A program made the position numbers and the translations under genes. A stretch of DNA of 63,996 nt, counting the filler, from Basidiobolus ranarum (lineage: Eukaryota): assembly GCA_040143965.1 (NCBI GenBank). It is 6 parts of 6 records of this genome, joined end to end, with 100 filler letters (N's around TTAATTAATTAA, not from the genome) between each part and the next. Parts side by side here need not be neighbours in the genome. Positions count along the whole stretch, not along the records: positions 54,290 to 63,996 come from JASJQH010000791.1; 5 more parts are not named here. One strand, given 5' to 3'. Positions 59,385 through 63,996 of this stretch are shown piece after piece. Numbering within the stretch: position 1 is the stretch's first letter; each line of letters opens with the position of its first letter. The notes beneath the pieces were generated by a model that was not told where the DNA came from, ran no database searches, and was given only the letters and a program-made list of their open reading frames with translations.

Positions 59385-60110
59385 GACAGCACTATGGCAG
59401 TGAGTGCTCTCTGCATATATCTCAATGCTCCAGGATCTGAGCACAAAATGGCAGCAAAACAAATATGCAGGTATTTGAGAGGAACTGTATAGCTAGTTCT
59501 GGAATACTCTGCCACTCTCAATGCACAAAATCCTGAAGCCTGCAGTGATGCACACCAGGGAAGAAACCTTGATGGTAGAAGATCAACAACTGGGTACACT
59601 TTTCTCTAATATAATGGAGCTATAAATTGGAATAGTAAGTAGCAACCAACCACAGCTCTTTCTACTTCAGAAGCAGAGTATATGGCTGTCTCTGTTACTA
59701 CACACAAAGCTATGTGGTTAAGGATGTTCTTTAGAGACCTTGGATATATGCAAAATGTGCTATTACTGTCTTTGAAGATAACAACGTTGTATTGCCTTAG
59801 CTAAAAACCTTAAAGTTCATGCTAGAACAAAGCATGTTGACAATACACATCAATTTGACAGAGAAGCAGTAGAGAGTGATAAATTTGAACTTGTCTATTG
59901 CCCTTCTGAAGCAATGATTGCTGACTTCTCAACCAAGCCTATAGCTAAACCACAATTTGAATTATTGAGATATCAGTCAGGTTATGAGGTATACACAAAA
60001 ATTAGTTGAGTGGGAATGTTGAAATTAGGTAAACAGCAACTCATTATTTAGTAGTTAGTTTATTCAAATTCTGATTGTTTAGCACTCATTTCTGTAATGC
60101 AAAAATACTT
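59385..60110 (+). mobile_element. Ty1/Copia RT end, RNase H, PPT and start of 3' LTR
   Basis: DGRRSTTGYTF, ALSTSEAEYMA, HARTKHVD, MIADFSTKP; GTTGAGTGGGAA|TGTTGAAATTAGG is the same LTR family as 18235-18574. Confidence 0.88.
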
Positions 60111-60119
60111 CCAAATCAC

Positions 60120-60590
60120 TTGACACTTTCATCATGTGGTGCTTAGTCATTACCCAGTAGATTTTCCTTGATTCAATGTGCTTTCAGCTGCAAAACCAAT
60201 CTTTGTTATATGCCATATGATGCAAAGCTTCTGAATTAATGTACCATGTTTCTGAGTCTTTCTTAGTGCTTAATGATAGGGTAGACACAAATAGATGATC
60301 CCTATCAGTGCTTACTTCATTTGCTGTTCCAATTTTAGCTTTTGGCAAAAATCTCTTTGCAGCAATCTTAGTTTGAATGGCCTGATTTCTTGCAATACTT
60401 GCACATAATAGATTTTCTACTAGGGGCACCATTATTGAAGCCTGTTGGACAGTTCACAGCTCCAAAAAATGACTGATCTGCATTTTTTTGCTGAGGTTAG
60501 ATCTCCTTAATTCCTCATTCAAAAGCCTTTTGTGGGATTTCATAGCTTCAAAAAAAGCTTGATATGCATTGTTTTGCTGAGATTTAGGTC
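60120..60590 (-). mobile_element. Copia gag-knuckle and protease fragment
   Basis: CKYCKKSGH remnant and DHLFVSTLS...ETWYINSEALHHM; matches 21500-21649. Confidence 0.75.
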
Positions 60591-61690
60591 ACCTTAATTC
60601 CTTATTCAAAGGCCTAGTGCCAACATATTCTATTGTCAGTAAGAAACCATTCAGAGCCAATTCAAATTCACAATTATACATGTTCTCAAAGAAACCTTGA
60701 CTTTTCAGATTTTGGTAGTGATACCCATCAAGTATATTGGTATTACCATTGGCTGTACAGTAAGTACTTTGGTATTGGATCAATGATCTATATTAGGATG
60801 CTTTCATCAAAACTTTAAGATGGGGAATTACCAGTATGTAAGCCAAATATGAACAATATCTACCTGATTCAGTGATTGCCAATTGTGTGCAAATAGTATA
60901 TGGCCTTAGGTTTTTCAGATCACCAGTGAAAGCCAAACAACCATTTGGACATGAAGATAGTTTATTTACTGAAGGATTATAAGTCATACAATCAACAAGT
61001 GTTTTCAACTTGTACCAGGTCTGTGGCAAGCTACAGCTGCCAATCAACTGTGGTAAAAGTTTAAGAAAACTAATAGACACCTGGTTGCTACAATTGAATG
61101 GTACTCTCCACTCTTGAATAATCAAAGCTGTTTCCTTTACTGTAAGGGTTATGAGAGGACTACTGCTTGCCAATAACAGAGAGTACATAACAAAACCATT
61201 GTCTTCTACCTTATCTTTGGATATACTACCATTAGTACTAGAATAGCCAAGGTCAACATCTAGCAACAAGTCCTCAATGTTGTCTGAGCTTACTGGTTCA
61301 ACCATAGTTTCATTTCTACCTACATCATTCTGGTCATATAATGGTGGTAACTCCATGGTATTGTGACTTTCCAAAATGTTAACAAAACTTTGAGGTAAAG
61401 CACAGCCAGTGGCCTCAGTGGATAAAACAAAAGTTGATTTTGTGCAATTTTTACTGTTGATATTCACTATGGTTTGTAGAACTTGTGGCTTTGTACAGTG
61501 ACTGTGCTTGAGATTTTTTTTTCAATGAAGCCTTTGGCTTTCATATGCAAAAAAACTTGTGACAATAATAGCAGGCTTCTTTAAATAATCGTGTTGTGGC
61601 ATGAGAAGGATGTTGTGGAAAACCAAACACCTACTAAGTCAGGGTGGTATTTCAGATGTATTCCATCATTATCATGAGCTGATTCTGAGA
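60590..61690 (-). mobile_element. CACTA/CMC transposase N-terminal region
   Basis: LPQTWYKLK...SCPNGCLAFTGDLKNL...C, NILDGYHYQNLKSQGFF...LALNGF; paralogous to 23020-23900. Confidence 0.8.
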
Positions 61691-61724
61691 TGGTATATTT
61701 GCTTTTCCAGTGTATCAGTAATTA

Positions 61725-62295
61725 GAACTGCAATATCTTGAGGGTTTTGTGATATGGCCAAAGAGTGCAACAATCACAGTTGAATAACTCTGGGATGTAC
61801 TGTAATAGGGGTGTTTCTCTTGCCTCTTAGGTCTTTGCAGAAGGGAATCAAGTGTTTAGAAATATCTAAGGACTGATAAGTCACAATGAAATGTCCAGTT
61901 TACTGTTGCAGAAAATGTTGGTGCCTGACCATTGAGAATGATCAGATAAAAAGGGTATATGTAATCAAAAACAACTGTAACTCAGCCAGCAGGGTTTTGA
62001 ACAAAGTTACAGTAGTAGTGATTTATCAAAGGATATATAAGGTTTCTTGCCTATAGAGACAAAGCTAGGGAAAAAATATAAAGTATTAGAGATATAACAC
62101 CTATCTGTCAGTACTTCCTTTGAGCCAGTAAAGTCCTTTCAATTAACACAGTAGCCTGTAACTGTCTCTTGTAGTCTCTCTTGAGCTTTCTCTTCAAAGG
62201 TCTTGTAAGTGGTGATGAAAATGAGAGGTGATCACAAGTAGTAATTGTTGATTGAAAACCAGGATGATTTTTTATTTGAAAAGGTATGGCTCCAT
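61725..62295 (-). repeat. Second copy of the unclassified repeat at 31420-32015
   Basis: Shared blocks GAATAACTCTGGGAT.TACTGTAATA, CAGATAAAAAGGGTATAT and TTGAAAACCAGGATG. Confidence 0.8.
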
Positions 62296-63119
62296 GTTAT
62301 ACTTTTCTGAAGGTAAAAATGATTATTAAGGAGAATTTCCGGAAAGTTTGGGGGAATTCCATTGGTGGGGTTTGGGAGATATGATATCATTATAAATCAT
62401 AGGAGCAGTAATCCATGGAATGTTCCAGAAGGTGGTTGAATAATCTAGAAAGTCATGGAGTATTCCAGCAAAATCAAGTTTTGATTGACCAATATTCAAT
62501 CAATCATCATATAATCCAAGAATCTTGTGGAATGTTCTGGAAGATTGTAGAACTCTCTAGCATATAATATGGCTAATATGGGTTGATAGTGATAAATCTC
62601 AAATAATTGGGAGTAATACTAATAGTATGATATGATTGGCTGGAAAATAAGGGTAAGTAAAATATGGATAATAAAATAGATGTTTGCAATAGTAATGCTA
62701 TGAGCTAGGACTGGAAATAAGTCAACCTTCTGGTGGGTATCAATAATACCCCACTACAACATTGTCACAAATGAGTCATCAAGGGATTTACAAGATATTT
62801 CTATTAATGGATGGCAATTTTGGTTCATTATAAGCTGTTTCCAAGCAATTTCATTGCACCTAGCTTGCCATCTAAAAATTTCAATGCCATTTAAAAAGCA
62901 TTTAATGTCTAAATCAAAATCAGCTTCCAAGCAAAAGCCAGCTGGCATCAAAGAAAAAAACCAGCATGAATGGAGGACTTAATTGATGAGTAGTCTAGCA
63001 ATCCACTCTGCACTTAAGAATGATTAACATGCAAGAAACTAACACCACTAATAATAAAGCATTGATTTAATTTGCCAGATGTGTCCCTGTCTTGCAATAG
63101 TGCCAGTGAAGAGATTGCA

Positions 63120-63996
63120 ATTGTTCAATTAAGTTGTAAATCAGTATTTGAGCAAATTTTAACATAAACACCATCAAGACCATCTACTTCCAAAATGCTT
63201 ACATTGCCAGCTATTGAACACACTTCCATAGACAATTTGGATAGAATTATTACAGCAAGAAAGTCTCCAGTAGAACACCATAATAATTTGTATGCAATCT
63301 GAACTAAAAATGACAAAGGTGCTCTACAGGCCATGACAAGTAATAATGTCACCATATGGCATTTAATTCAGTGTTGTGAAGCAAATAGTTCTCAGTTAGA
63401 GAATTACTTAGCAAGGATACACAACCTTTAAATGCTGTACTTTAGCTACAACTACATGCTGCCCCCTCCACACATTCTCATACAGGATTTCAATTGATCA
63501 CACCCCATAGATGTGAATGTCACAATACCAATCTAGCAGAGCAGAAGATGTGTAGGATCATTAAGCCTGCACAACAACCTAAAATTGCTTGGGCACATGA
63601 ATGTAGAAATATCATAGGAAAACCAGCAAACCAAACAACTCTGAATGTCACAGCTGCTGTCACTTGCTCTCATGATGAATGGTCTAGCAGTTTTGAAACT
63701 GTGTGGAATCTTGCCTAAAATCACCTTGATTTGAGCCAATCATGGAAAAGCAAAAACTAAGTGTTACTGCAAAGGTTCTTGACTTATTTCATGTGGCTTA
63801 TCCTGGGTTTTTGCAAGCAAATATAAATTGAGCTAATATTGGCCTATTCCTAAAACATTAATAATGTATGCAATCATCAACCTGGAAAAGAAAGACAAGC
63901 AGCTAGAGAAGTACTCAAGGAGCAGGAAGTTAATAAACCTAAGGGAAAAGCAAAGGAGCCAGTGAGCTTAGGTGCTAATGTCCCACTAACCAAATT
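63120..63996 (+). mobile_element. CACTA-associated ORF2 remnant
   Basis: Reverse-complement homolog of 21780-22650 (VLDLFHVAY.GFLQAN, KPKGKAKEPVSL). Confidence 0.75.

Noticed and set aside
62295..62750. Possible Gypsy-type LTR starting TGTTAT
   Set aside because: No second copy, clear end, PBS or PPT is visible in the window.

Overview
Eukaryotic DNA from an early-diverging fungus. The short GT-AG introns, Zn2Cys6, WSC and AROM genes, and animal-like RLC, UBE2S and MPN genes suggest a Zoopagomycota/Mucoromycota-type organism such as Basidiobolus (inference only). The window is not one locus: it is six ~10.7-kb contigs joined by an artificial 100-nt N44-TTAATTAATTAA-N44 linker, so neighbourhood across linkers means nothing. 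Contig 1 (1-10785) holds a JAMM/MPN gene, a secreted bacterial-type metallophosphoesterase, a solo LTR, a bacterial-type GNAT with an extra N-terminal module, and a head-to-head pair of signal-peptide isochorismatase-family genes on an inverted duplication. Contigs 2, 3 and 6 are decayed, nested Copia, Gypsy and CACTA/CMC elements with a clear CpG-deamination signature. Contig 4 carries the myosin regulatory light chain, a WSC sensor, RPB10, a UBE2S-like E2 and RPS19. Contig 5 carries the ARO1 3' end, a 9-exon coiled-coil gene, a Zn2Cys6 factor, ATG27 and a truncated Cys-rich secreted protein. Best leads: the surface-anchored isochorismatase pair with neighbouring bacterial-type enzymes, a long hairpin in the RPS19 5'-UTR intron, a divergent two-gene CACTA family, and symmetric CpG decay of repeats. 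All calls come from manual reading and motif recognition; no searches were run.
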